Origin: the human T2T-CHM13v2.0 reference genome, Homo sapiens
Reading direction: 5' to 3' (one strand)
Assembly (NCBI RefSeq): GCF_009914755.1
Contig: NC_060935.1
DNA length: 64,000 nucleotides
Shown: positions 24,516 through 38,301 of the stretch, piece after piece
How positions within the stretch are numbered: the first letter of the stretch is position 1
How the letters are laid out: each line of letters begins with the position of its first letter
The notes under the pieces: generated by a model
The model's database searches: none
Seen by the model: only the letters and a program-made list of their open reading frames with translations
Told to the model about the DNA's origin: nothing
Translations under genes and position numbers: made by a program

Positions 24516-27057
24516 CCCTAATTTTTGGAGATCTGTTTTTCCTTCCAACTGTGTTTGCTTATTAGGCCCTAAACACTGCATACTTTCCTGACCCTGTTAC
24601 TCCAAAGGCTGCACCCTAAAGTCAGTAATCCAATTAAAGAACTGGTGAATGAAAAATCTTACAACTACTGGATCTTGTTCTGTCTGCCTGTGTATTTATA
24701 TGTATTATGTGTATGATGTTTATATATGAAAGAGCTTTAATTGGCTTAAAAATAATAACCAATTAAATATTTTGTGAGAAAAGTAAAAAGTGTAATGCCT
24801 TTTGGTTCACATGGATTTAGTAATCTTTGGGAAATAAAAATAGTTTTAAAGATTATTGGTAAAAGTTGCTAAGAATTAACATTATACCACGTAACTGAGA
24901 CTACTGAAGAAACAGTTTTACATGCAAGGTATGTAAAGAAAATGAAATGTGTTTTTGTAAAAGATTATAAGAAGGCATGGAAATGTGGATTTTTTTTTTT
25001 TTTTGCCTAGATTAAAAGGTTAAAGGATTGTTTTAAGTTAGATAGAATAAAGCTGAAGGTTTGAGCAAATTGTGAAAAATTTGTGAAAAATTAATCTTGT
25101 AAAAAATTCTGTGTGTGAACATACTGGCTAAAGCTAAAGGGGTATTACTCAGTTTTTCCGTAAATTGAGCCTTGGACTAAAAGCACAACAAGGTTTTCTA
25201 AGAGTACTCATCTGCTTTTTATGAGAAAATCTGTAAAGGGTTATAGAAGGTTTATAAAAATCTTATCTTATGGTCAAACTGATTAAGATTGGATAGATTT
25301 ATGTATAAAGTTTTATTAAAAATTGGAGTTTAACATTAGTAGTATACTAATGTAAAGGTGAAATTTGGCTTATTTGGTATAAAAGTCATACAGGAAGCAG
25401 TGTCAAATATGAAATGATGTTTGCTTTTCTTTGGGCTGTATTTGTATAAATGTGTTATTGGTCTGTGTTCCAAAATTATGAGAAACTCCTATAAATCTGA
25501 TATGGCTTAATGTATGTTATTAATAATTATAATTGTTATATAAAATTGTTATATGCCACAGAAGTAACCAATATTTCCTTTTCAGTTGTGGCTTTAATAG
25601 CGGCTCTCCTAAGACATTTTATCATCCATAGACAACTGTTGTCTTGTTTTGATCCTTTTTAAAAGCTGGTTTATAATCAGCCATAGGACTCTAACAGGTG
25701 TTATTAAATGCAGGTTTCTGATAACTTTGGTGATTGTGACATTAGAATAGAGAAAAAAACTTTCAGGGCTCTCATGGAAAGCCAGAATGTTCATGACTAT
25801 CAAGCAGAATTGGAGTTAACGGAATAGACTAATGGAAGACTGAATTAATATTTTTTTACTTTTTTGCTTAAAACGTTGCTGATCCTTTGCTCTGTTTTTC
25901 AGAGTCAAGAAAACTTTTATTTTGAGCTATTTCCAGCTTGTAGCAATTGAGTAAAGTATACTCCTGTGAACAAAATTTGGAGCATATTTGTTTCTCTCTT
26001 TACCTAATTTCTCCAGAATTTGAGAACTATTTGTGAGTATTTTTAACTTATGGCAATACAGTTCTTTGTATAAGTGCAATAAGAATCTGTTTCCTTTTGC
26101 AACAGGGCACAATTGGAGAAACTGGTTATTTTACAAAGGCTTTGACTGGAATGGCATGCTCACAGGATTCCTCAAGAATCCTGTGTTAAGTAAGGGACCT
26201 CAAGAGAAAAGGAATTTACCCAACTCACAGGTATTTGAGGGTACAAACCCGTGGTTGGGCTTGGCTTTAAAAAAGTCTTATCTAAAATTCCTTCTATGGA
26301 ACAAAGTTCCGTCAAAGCCAATTTAAAAAGCCTATGTGAAAAATAATTATTCTTGCTGCACTTTATACAAATAATCAGGCCAAGTATAAAACTAAGGCTT
26401 ATATTTACAAACAAATCAGTCCTATTATGATTTGCCTTTAGCAAAAATGGGAAACTGGAGAGAAAATATTATGTTTCAAGAACTATGGTACACCGGTTAT
26501 TAGATTCTAGTTTTATCAGTTTTTTTTTTTAAGTTTTTTTCCTGCTTTTTAGGCTGACCTTGAGTATTCCTGTGAAGTAATCAGTGATCTCTGGCTGCTG
26601 CTGAAAAGAAACAAGAAAGATGGGTAATGTAAAAATCTGAACCAATATTCTAATTCTAGGCATATTGTAATCAGCTAGCAACTCTATAACAGCTTGGTTC
26701 CAACAGTAACCCAGTTCATAGAAAGCCTTCTAATTTAGTTTACTTGGATAATTTTACTTATTTTGCTTTACTGTTGTGGAATATATTGCTGTTGTACTCT
26801 ATGTGTAGGAATGCAGGATAAGCTTACTCACCGTTTTCTTACACTGAGCACTTATTAATCTTCCAGATATCACCTTTTGTCAGAACTCGAAAATTATAAG
26901 TGACCCTTGCCAACCACGGCTTTCTGACTGAGCTCCTTTCTATCTTGAATACAACAGACCCAATAGTTAGGTAGGAATACTATCACCCTTGTTCAGCATG
27001 AAGAAGTTACAGAAGACGGATCTTTGTCTCTCTACAACCCCTAAGATTAAGAGTTCT

Positions 27058-27150
27058 CCTGGGAGGTGGAGGTTGCAGTGAGCCAAGATTGCGCCACTGC
27101 ACTCTAGCCTGGGTGACAGAGCAACACTGTCCTGGGAAAAAAAAAAAAAA
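27058..27150 (+). mobile_element. 5'-truncated Alu (about 75 nt plus poly-A), just upstream of the ERV PPT
   Basis: 'cctgggaggtggaggttgcagtgagcc...gggtgacagagc' plus A tail; approximate TSD aagagttctc/aaaattctc. Confidence 0.88.
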
Positions 27151-27182
27151 GAAAATTCTCTTGTAAAAGAGAGGGGGGAGTA

Positions 27183-27918
<736 letters not shown>

Positions 27919-30509
27919 TTATACATGAATTTTATCATTATCCTTGAGAATTTTAGCATCCATATAGAGATTTTACTGATATCCTTTCTTGGCATGATTT
28001 TGCTTCTTCTAAAAAAAAAATGCAACTGACACTAATGGTTAGGATGTGGAGAAAGAGGCAGAAAAGGAAAAAAAGGGGAGCAGGACCTCATCTCAAAGTT
28101 GTGATCTGAAGAGGTGGAATCCTTTTTGGATTGGTAGCAGAATTGACAACAGGCAAGTGGAAACCTGTTAAAGGATAATCATGTCTAGACAATTTTATCA
28201 AAAGTATCTAAAAAATACCTTCCCCCAAATGCACCATGAGCCATCCATCCCCAAATTAATACCCGATAGAATGAATTGGACAATCATTGTCAGAGTTTGG
28301 TTCAAATAGGTTGTAATTAAAGAGTACCTATAATTATGGGGCCTCAAATAATCTAACAATGCATTTTTTTACAGCGTAATTGACACTTTGAGGTCTGCAG
28401 AGATGAGATGCCAACAGATGTGTTTCAATGGCTTCCAGGAATTAGTATGGGAGTGATAAGCCCCAATAGAGCTAGATTTGAAACTTAAGAGATAATAAGA
28501 TGATGACAGAGTGTAGGTAAATGTTATCAACTAGGAAACCTGATGAAGAACTGGCATTGATAGTGAGGAGGATGCTGAAGGAGAATGGGCACTATTGAGC
28601 TTCGTTAATCTCATGAATCAGCTGGGACAAAAAAATTCTTGACATGTTTACCACCATATTTGCTTTTCATGGCTAGGCCCATCTTTAGTAATCAATTATA
28701 ACCTAGTGCCCTGTTCAGCATGTATGGGGCTTCTGAATGAATCTCTTTCAATCCAGCAAGCCAGGCAACTCAATCAATACATTAAAAGTGACATATGAGA
28801 TAAAAACCCATTTCTTTACCTTAGACTAGATTATATGAAACAACCTTTACAGCATTAAAATTCTTTCATGTTTAACATGAAAAAAGTCTCAATGAGTCTT
28901 TCTCTGCTTTAGGAGATGATACAGACTGTAGCATATTATAATTAGGCTACTCACATGAAATTATTTCAAGTTCCAGAAAAAAAAGAAGATACAGACATTT
29001 GCTATCTTCAATCCATTTTTCAAAATTTTAAACATAGAAAACCGAAAAAGACATTTAAATTTAATTTTGTCAAGATGAACGGGAAATTTCATTTTTGACA
29101 TGTCTAACCACCACATTATCAGATATATAGATTTCAAGGAACCAACATTCAATTTTATGAGCTTTTTTTCCTTTTCCATATATGTCATGTTGTAAATCAA
29201 TTTTGAAGATATAATGAGAGTTGTTTTTTTTTTCAAGATTTCATTGGATTTTTCTGAAACCAGAACCCAAATCTAGCTTTGAAAACAAAAGTAGTCTCAA
29301 AACACAAGACCAATTCTTCCCTCAAAGATCATCTCCACTTCTCCTCTTTGTACTGACAGAATGTGGCACTTTCCAAATTATCCATTGTGTTGGAAAATTG
29401 TACAGCAGGGGGGACACTTATTTGTTGTTGTTGTTGTTGTTTTAAAAGCTTATTAACCTGTCTTGAATAACTTTGCCACTCCTGATGACACCAAAGGTTG
29501 AAGAAATGTAAGGTAAGATACGTTATGAATTTTATTCCTGAACAATATTGAATAAACCAATATTGAATATATAGTTGAATTCTATGAAAATCTGATTGTC
29601 ACACTTTTTTGTGTCATTTTACACTTTTAAAAATACACTCTTTGCCCTCTTCGCAAATAAAATTAATGCTCCATGTGGAAGACTTGGAAAGACAGAAAAC
29701 AAAGGAGAAAAATAATTCTTATTTCTTTCACCCAAAGTTTCCAGGCTTATTATATTTCCATGTTTTGTCCTTTTTCCTCCCTCTCTCCCTGCCTGCCTAT
29801 TTCCTTCCATCCTGCTGGCCCCATGAACTATCCATAGTTATTGCTTCTGTTTTACCTCCAGCACCATACTACGAAAACTATTTCCACAAAAAATGTACAT
29901 CCCTTCTTTATAAGTTTTTAACATAAATGTTACAATGAAACAGATGGTGCAATTTGATGAGATTTATAAATGTGTACAACAATGAGACCTACATTAAAAT
30001 GCAGATATAGAACTGTCCCACCTTCCAGTTAATTCCCAACACTAACCCCAAGATAACTAATGTTTAGTTTTTTCTGTTCTTGAATTTACTTAAATGGAAT
30101 CACACAGTGTGTAGTGCTTTTGATTTGGCTTCTTTTGCTGAACATAATGCTTTTGAGATTTGTTCATGTTGTTGCACTAAGTAGTTCAATCTTTTTTTAT
30201 TGCTGAGTAGAATTTTATTATATGACTATTCCACAATTTGGCTAGGTTATCTGTTCTCCTGTTGATGAACGTCTGAGTTATTTCCAGTTTTTGTCTATTT
30301 TGAGTGAAGCTGCTGGAAACATTTTAGTACAAGTCTCTTATAGATATATGCATGATTTTCAGTGGTCACACAGTATACCACTGAATTTGTATGTTGTATA
30401 TACTTAACCCAACCCCTGGTGTTGCTCAGTAAATTATTTTCTGTTTTAACAATCAGAAACAATGCTATCTTGTAAATCTGTATGAGCTTTATATTCTTTT
30501 TAAAAATAA

Positions 30510-31230
30510 ATAAAATATAGATAACATAAAATTTACCAGTTTAACCATTTTAAGTGTACAGTCCAGTGGCATTAAGTACATTGTGCAACCATCACCACTA
30601 TCCATCTCCAGAACTTTCTTGTCATCCCAAATAGAAACTCTACGCTCATTAAAAACTCCCATTCACACCTCCCTCTAACCCCTGCTAACTACTATTTTAT
30701 TTTCTGTCACTACGAATTTGAATATTCTAGGTACCTCATATAAGTGGAATGGTACAAAGTTTGTCTCTTTGTGTCAGGCTTATTTCACTTAGCATAATGT
30801 TTTTATTATTCACCTATTTTATAACATGTTTCAGAATTTTATTCCTTAATACTTAATATATGCAGATAGTAATTTTGTTTATCCATTTGTCTGTTGATAG
30901 ACATTTGTGTTGATTCTACTTTTTGACTATCATGAATATTGCTGCTATGAACTTTGATGTACAAATATCTCTTCAAATCTCTGCTTTCAATTCTTTGGGG
31001 TCTTTATCTAGAAGTAGAATTGCTGGACCATATGGTATTTCTGTTTAATTTTTTTGAGAAGCCTTCATATTGTTCTCCATAGTGGCTACACAATCACATT
31101 CTCACTCCATGAAATGCATGAGGGTTCCAATTTCTTCACTTCCTCAACAACACTTATTATTTTTTGTTTTGTTTTATTTTCTGATAATCATACTGGGTGT
31201 GAAGTGGCATCTCATCATGATTTTGATGTT
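30510..31230 (-). mobile_element. L1MB 3' fragment, flanked by older L1ME pieces
   Basis: 'aacataaaatttaccagtttaaccattttaagtgtacag...ctaggtacctcatataagtggaat...tagaagtagaattgctggaccatatgg'. Confidence 0.8.
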
Positions 31231-31626
31231 GTGAATTTTTGTGCCTAACTTTGAATATATTCCGGATTATGTTTTAGGCAACATTTCTAGAAACATTGTG
31301 TGTCCAAAGTTATGTCCATTACGGTCCCATAATATGCAGAGCCACATTTCATTCCAGAAAGAGTATGCTACTTTATTCCATCAGCAGTGATATGAATTCT
31401 TTTTAGCTTGGTAGTTCCTTTCTTTTTTAGACAAGTCTAAATTATTCTAAACCATTTTCTTGATGGTTTCCAATATCTGGGTATTTTGCCTTCATTGTGG
31501 CAATTATCCAGTTACTTGGAAATATTTTCATATTTTGCTTACTGGTGGGGATCACCAATGTTTGTGCTAATGGCCACTAATTAACTATTATCTATGAAGA
31601 ACTTGAAATTTTCTCATCAATTAACT

Positions 31627-31923
31627 TTTTTTTTTTTTTTTTTAATGGACAGAGTCTCGCTATGTCATTCAGGCTGGAGTGTAGCAGCATGATCTTGGCT
31701 GCAACATCTGCCTCCTGGGTTCAAGTGATTCTCTTACCTCAGCCTCCTGAGTAGCTGGGATTACAGGCACCTGCCATCAAGCCTGGCTAATTTTTGTATT
31801 TTTAGTAGAGACAGGGTCTCACCATGTTGGCCAGGTTGGTCTCGAACTGCTGACCTCAGGTGATCCACCCGCCTCAGTCTCCCAAAGTGCTGGGATTACA
31901 GGCGTGAGCCACTGCGCCCGGCC
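31627..31923 (-). mobile_element. AluSx-like
   Basis: Antisense dimer, 'gacctcaggtgatcc'; TSD atcaattaact/atcagttaact. Confidence 0.92.
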
Positions 31924-32014
31924 ATCAGTTAACTATTATTAATCAATAATTTGTAGATTGTGCTTTACTTGTTTCCCTGTTCTCCATATAGTACTTTGTC
32001 TTCTTAAGGGATCT

Positions 32015-32375
32015 TGCTATGGTCTGAATGTTTGTGTCCCCCAAACTCATATGTTCAAATTTGAATCCTCTAGATGATTGTATCAGAAGGTGGGGACTTT
32101 GAGAGGTGATTAGGTCTTGAGGCAGAGCCTCATAAATGTATTAGTGCCCATATAAAAGAGACCCCTGAGACATTCCTCACCCCTTCCATCATGTGAGGAC
32201 ACACTGAGAAGATCCCATCTATGAACCAAGAAATGATTCCCCACCAGACACTAAAGTTGTTGGCACCTTGTTCTTGAACTTCCCAGCCACAAGAACTGTG
32301 AGCAATGAACTTCTCTTGCTTATAAGCTGCCCAGTTTATGGTATTAGGTTATAGCAGTCCAAACAGACTAAGACA
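32015..32375 (+). mobile_element. MLT1A/MLT1A0 solo LTR
   Basis: 'tgctatggtctgaatgtttgtgtcccc...cagactaagaca'; perfect TSD gatct. Confidence 0.85.
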
Positions 32376-33830
32376 GATCTTCACAAATTATAGTAACGAT
32401 AATTATTTATTGTATTTGCATACTGTTTTAACTATTTATGCACTGCATTATTTAAACTCTTTCACACACATTATATTTCTAGAGTCTCATAACATCCCCT
32501 CTAGGAAGGTAGGAAACATACTACTATTATTATAGGTGAAGAGAGAGATGCAGAGAAGTTAACTGTAAGGCCAGCAAGCTAGTTAGTGACAGAGGCAGAA
32601 GTAGAGGCTGACTCTTCCAATTCCTATTTAAAGATCTTTCTTGGATACTATACAACCTTCCATAAATATATAAAAGGAGTCTTTTTTAAAAACACCATAT
32701 GTATAACATTTAACATAAAAGAAGTGAGCTCAAATAGAATTTGCCACTTTGTCAGGCTCAACACACATAATTTTGATATGATGCCAGGATCTAATGAGGA
32801 TAGGCATATAATTTCATCATTACACTGAAAATAGACATTTTGAAGCAAGCACAGTGGACAAATTAGCTCATCATGGACAGATGATAGTTGTTATTTTCAA
32901 TTACTTCATGAGTATTTTTCTCAATAATGTTGTACAGTTGCAACTGTCTCATTTTATTTGGCGTCCAGTAAGACGTGGCCTCTAGGGCAGGAAAAAAATC
33001 TCTGTGATGCTTTTTTAGTCACGGAAAACTTATTAATATGAAAGGTGTCATACCTTTAAAAACTAAAATATGAGGTTAAAAAACAGAACCGAAATTTTAA
33101 AACATTTTTTAAATAAAAAAATGTGAAATGATCACAGCTGAACAAAAGGCAAGAGTTTTCCAAACTCTGAGCCTAGCTTCCTTCTGTAGGAATGACATTC
33201 CTGCACAGGTGTCTGCCGACTCAGTTTTGGCTGTATACTTGGAAACCTTGCAGAGGTAAATAAATTCCTAGCTCATGGCTGTCAAACATATTAAATTATT
33301 TTTTAAAAAGGAAATCTTTATGGAATTTCAATGTAGGAAATTGAGAAAAGTGGAGCAACTCCAGTCAAAACACAGAGAGAGTTAAAGCAAAGAGAGGAAG
33401 CTGCGTCCCTATGCACCTCAAGATTTGTATAATTTCATAACATTGAGTTCTTGCTATGATTGGTGATGGGGACCTAGTGAAGGACAAAAGTAACAACGTC
33501 CCTGCTTTCATGAAACTTACAATCAATCAGTCTAGTAGAGGAGACAGATAATCAAATTATCATGACATCAAGCATAAAACTACAACTTTGATGCTTATGC
33601 ACAGAAGATGTGCACAATAAATTATAATGAAGAACATGGCCTAGTTGAAGAGGTCAGGGAAGTCTTCTCCAAGGAGGTGGTACTTGGGCTTGGAGCTGAA
33701 AGATTAATAAACATTTACTAAGTGAAAAGAGGAATTAAGAGTATGCTAAGAAGGGGGAAATGTATGTTATGAGAAAAGGCCTGTACCCAAAGGTAAACAA
33801 GAGGAATTGAAAAATTAAAAATTGGGCCTG

Positions 33831-34137
33831 GGCCAGGCACTGTGGCTCACACCTGTAATCCCAGCACTTTGGGACGGCCAATGTGGGAGGATTGCTTGAG
33901 CTTAGGAGTTCAAGATCAGCCTGGACACATGGCAAAACTCCATCTCTACAACAAATACAAAAATTAGGCAAGTGTAGTGGTGCATGCCTGTGGTCCCCAG
34001 CTTCTTAGGAGGCTGAGGCTGAAGTGGGAGGATTGCCTTGGGAGTGGGGGGTGCAAGGCTGCAGTGAGCCAAAGTCCTGCCACTACACTCCAGCCTTGGT
34101 GACAGAGTGGCACACCTTGTCTCAAAAAAAAAAAAAA
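33831..34137 (+). mobile_element. AluJ
   Basis: 'ggaggattgcttgagcttaggagttc' and 'aaggctgcagtgagcc' J-type diagnostics. Confidence 0.88.
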
Positions 34138-34488
<351 letters not shown>

Positions 34489-34623
34489 CTGTATGGGGGG
34501 AAAAGAAAGGAATGTATAGCCTAATAGAAGGTGAGGCTAGAGGGATAGGTACAGCTGAGCTATGTAAAGAGATGACTGGCTGTGTTAAGGAGTTTTGTCC
34601 TTGTCATAAAAACAATAGGAGGG

Positions 34624-34948
<325 letters not shown>

Positions 34949-35236
34949 TCAGTGGCATGGCTCAATGTGCGTTTTGAGAGGATCACTCTGCTGTGGTATA
35001 TAGAGCACTCTGGGAAGAGGCTGACAGTGGATGGGAGTAGACAAGTCAGTAGACTAGTGCTGTGATCCAGGCAAAAGAGGATGAGTGGATGGATTATGCT
35101 TGTTTAGGAAGTAAAATTTGCAGGACTGAGAGGATATTAAGGGAGAGTCATGAGAGGGAGGAAGATGTTATGTTAAATGCAGGATTTTGGCTGGTGTAAT
35201 AGATAATGCAACTGATGGGGGATAATTCCTTTAGAG

Positions 35237-35454
35237 CAGGGGCCAGCAAACTGTGGCATATGGGACAGATCCTGCCTACTGCCTGTTTCTGAAATCCAGT
35301 TTTATTGGAACACAGCCATGCTCATTTGTTTATGTAGTGAGTATGGCTACTTTTGTGCTGTAAATGCGGAGCTGAGTAGTTGCGACAGAGCCTGGCTCAC
35401 AAAGCCTAAAAAACTTATTATCTATGTCTTTACAGAAAAAGTTTGCTGACCTGG
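35237..35454. mobile_element. MER58A (hAT-Charlie)
   Basis: 'caggggccagcaaact...ttttattggaacacagccatgctcattt...tttacagaaaaagtttgctgacc'. Confidence 0.8.
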
Positions 35455-35467
35455 CCCTAGAAAGAAT

Positions 35468-35498
35468 ATGTGTGTGTATGTGTGTGCATGTGAGTGTA

Positions 35499-35529
<31 letters not shown>

Positions 35530-35572
35530 GTACACATATATATATATATATATACATACATATACATATATA
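35468..35572. repeat. (TG)n/(TA)n microsatellite
   Basis: Seen directly. Confidence 0.9.
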
Positions 35573-35581
35573 TTTAATCCT

Positions 35582-35984
35582 TGTGGTGGGCCATTCTTGC
35601 ATTGTTATAAAGGAATACCTGAGACTGGCTAATTTATAGAGAAAAGAGGTTTAATTGGCTCACAGTTCTGCATGCTGTATGGGAAGCATAGTGCCGGCAT
35701 CTGCTTCTAGGGAGGCCTCAGGAAGCTTATAATCATGGCAGAAGGCAAGGGGGAACAGGCATCTCACATGGTGGCAGTGGGAGCAAGAGAGAGTGGGAAG
35801 TAGGTGCCACACTTTACAATAACCAGATGTTGGGGGGACTCACTCACTATCACGAAGACAGCACCAAGCCATGAGGAATCCACACCCATGACTCAAACAC
35901 CTCCCTTCAGGTCCCACCTCCAACACTGAGGATTAAATTTCAATGTGAGATTTGGGCAAGGACAAATATCCAAACTATAGATCA
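35582..35984 (-). mobile_element. MSTB solo LTR, inserted in the left TIR of a Tigger
   Basis: 'ggaatacctgagactgg...gaggcctcaggaagctt...aaatatccaaactat'; TSD atcct/accct. Confidence 0.82.
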
Positions 35985-36369
35985 ACCCTTGAACAACGCA
36001 GATTTGCTGAGTGTGTGACATTTGATATGTCAAGACCAGCCTCTCCTTTTCTTCCTCCTCCTCAGCCTACTCAATGCAAAGATGAGAAGGATGAAGACCT
36101 TTATGATGATCTACCTCCACCTAATGGTCAATATATTTTATCTTCCTTATAATCTTCTTAATAACATTTTCTTTTCTCTAGCTTGCTTTACTGTAAGAAT
36201 ACAGTATATAATACATATACAAAATACAAGTTAATTGTTCATGTCTTTGGTAGGCTTCTGATCAATAGTAGGCTATTAGCAGTTAAGTTTTTGTGGAGTC
36301 AAAACTTATATGTGGATTTTCAACTGCATAGGGGGTTGGTGCCCCTAACCTCCATGTTGCTTAAGTGTC

Positions 36370-36374
<5 letters not shown>
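35985..36374 (+). mobile_element. Tigger2a/MER28-like DNA transposon
   Basis: TIR remnants 'acccttgaacaac' and 'gtcaactg'; 'cctcagcctactcaatg...gatgaagacctttatgatgatc'. Confidence 0.75.

Positions 36375-36418
<44 letters not shown>
36373..36418. repeat. (TG)n microsatellite, about 23 units
   Basis: Perfect TG run. Confidence 0.95.
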
Positions 36419-36421
<3 letters not shown>

Positions 36422-36727
36422 ACATGAGATTGGGAGATAATGAGTTTGGTTTTGTTTGTATGTGTTTGAAGTGCTCTGAGAAAGCCAAGGGATGAAGTGA
36501 GTAAGGCGGTTACATATAGGACTTCAGAGGTGTTATCAATGTAGAAGTCAACTGTATGAAGGTTGAAATGGTAGTAATGAGTATGGATTAGACTACACAG
36601 GGGGAGATTAGAGTGAGAAAAAGAAGATGGCTAGGACAGAGCCTGGAGAAAGTTCATCATTTAAGAACCAGATAGAATAGTGATCAGAGAAAGTGTGAGG
36701 CCAAAAATGTGGCAGTATGGAAGTCAA

Positions 36728-37184
36728 GTACATTTATTTCCTAGGGCTGCAGCACCAAAATACCACAACTTAGTGGCTTAAAAGAGAAATTTATTCCCAC
36801 ACAGTTCAGGAAGACAGAAGTCTGAAATCAAGTTGTCAGTAGGATCGGTTCCTTCTTGGGGGCTCATAAGGAGAATGTGAGTGCATTCCATGTCGGATTT
36901 AGCTACTGGTAATGCCATCAATCCTTGGCATTTTTTGGCTTATAGATACATCACTCCAATCTCTATGTCTATTGTCACATAGAGTTTTCCCTATATTCTG
37001 TCCCTGTGTTTCTTCTCTTCTTCTTATAAGGTCACTAGTCATATGGGATTAAGGACCCACCCTACTTCAGTGTGACCCTGTCCTAATTAATTGCATCTGG
37101 AATGACTCTATTTCCAAATAAGGTCATATTCTGAGGCTCCTGAAAAGGACATGATTTTGGGGAGACACTATTCAACCCACTACA
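36728..37184 (-). mobile_element. MLT1C-like LTR within L2 sequence
   Basis: 'ttcctagggctgc...ataccacaacttagtggcttaaaa...ctatttccaaataaggtcatattctgagg...ttcaacccactaca'. Confidence 0.78.
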
Positions 37185-38191
37185 TTGGAGGAAAAGATAA
37201 TTTCTAAGAGGAAGCAGTGTGAACAGCATCTGATGCTGTGGAGATGTCCAGAGAATGGTTTTAAAGGAAAGTAGATACCCAAAGATGGAATTTAAGCAGG
37301 TTATACTTGCATCTGAATGTGCAGATTCCCTTCCTGTTTCCAGTCATCTGCAGTTTTATTGATGACTTGCATTGGAGAGCCTGTCTTAATTTTTGAGAGA
37401 TGTCCCAGTTGGTGTCCCTCATGTGGCATAGGGGTCTTGGCTCTGGAGCAATGTGAGAGTAGACATGCCACCTTTGGAATTTCTCTTTTTGATCTTTGAA
37501 ACCACTTGATTTCCCATGGAGATCTTTCCTTAAGTAATATCCAAGCCTGTTCCTATTTAGAGTGCACAAGGGCTAATGGGATCACTAGCTGAGGTGAAAT
37601 GGTTGCAGATGGTAATGTGAAGACTAATTTATTTTCAGAGGCTTTTAGGAATTCATGTACTTTTAATGATAGCTTACTATAACCACAAATCCCTCATTTT
37701 CATTTTTTAAAGGGAAAGGATATTGCCCATTATTAACAACACAGGAAGACAGAGTAGGCAGCTAATTGACCCAGCTAAGCTAATACAATTGTGGTGGGGT
37801 TATGAAAGCCGAAGAGCTTTACTATGGTCCTAGGACTTTTGTCTCATTTTTTACATTGACTTCTCTGACCTCTCTACAAGCCATTTTCACCTGCTCGTCT
37901 CTTTTCCTCAGTCGAGCTTCCATCTGGCAGACCCACAGTGAGGTCTGTTGGGTAGTGTTTTCTGTGATCCTTTCTTTTTTTATCAAAAAGCTGAAGCTGC
38001 CCATGCCCCTGCCAATAGGATGGTGACTTTTTCTTGGAAAGGGCAAAAAGGGGCGGGATTACATCTTGCCCATCACTCTGCTCTGTGGTCCTATTACCTG
38101 CTGCTTCTTAAACCAAAAGGTGGGAATGACATGTTGGCTGACACTAGCCTCAGAGAGAAAAGGAGGGAAAAAGGAAGGATGGGAATAGAAA

Positions 38192-38301
38192 TTATATATA
38201 TATATATATGCGTGTGTGTGTGTGTGTATAAATATATATATATACACACATATATGTGTATAAATATATATATATACACACATGTGCATATATATATATA
38301 T
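38192..38301. repeat. Compound (TA)n/(TG)n/(CA)n repeat
   Basis: Seen directly. Confidence 0.9.
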
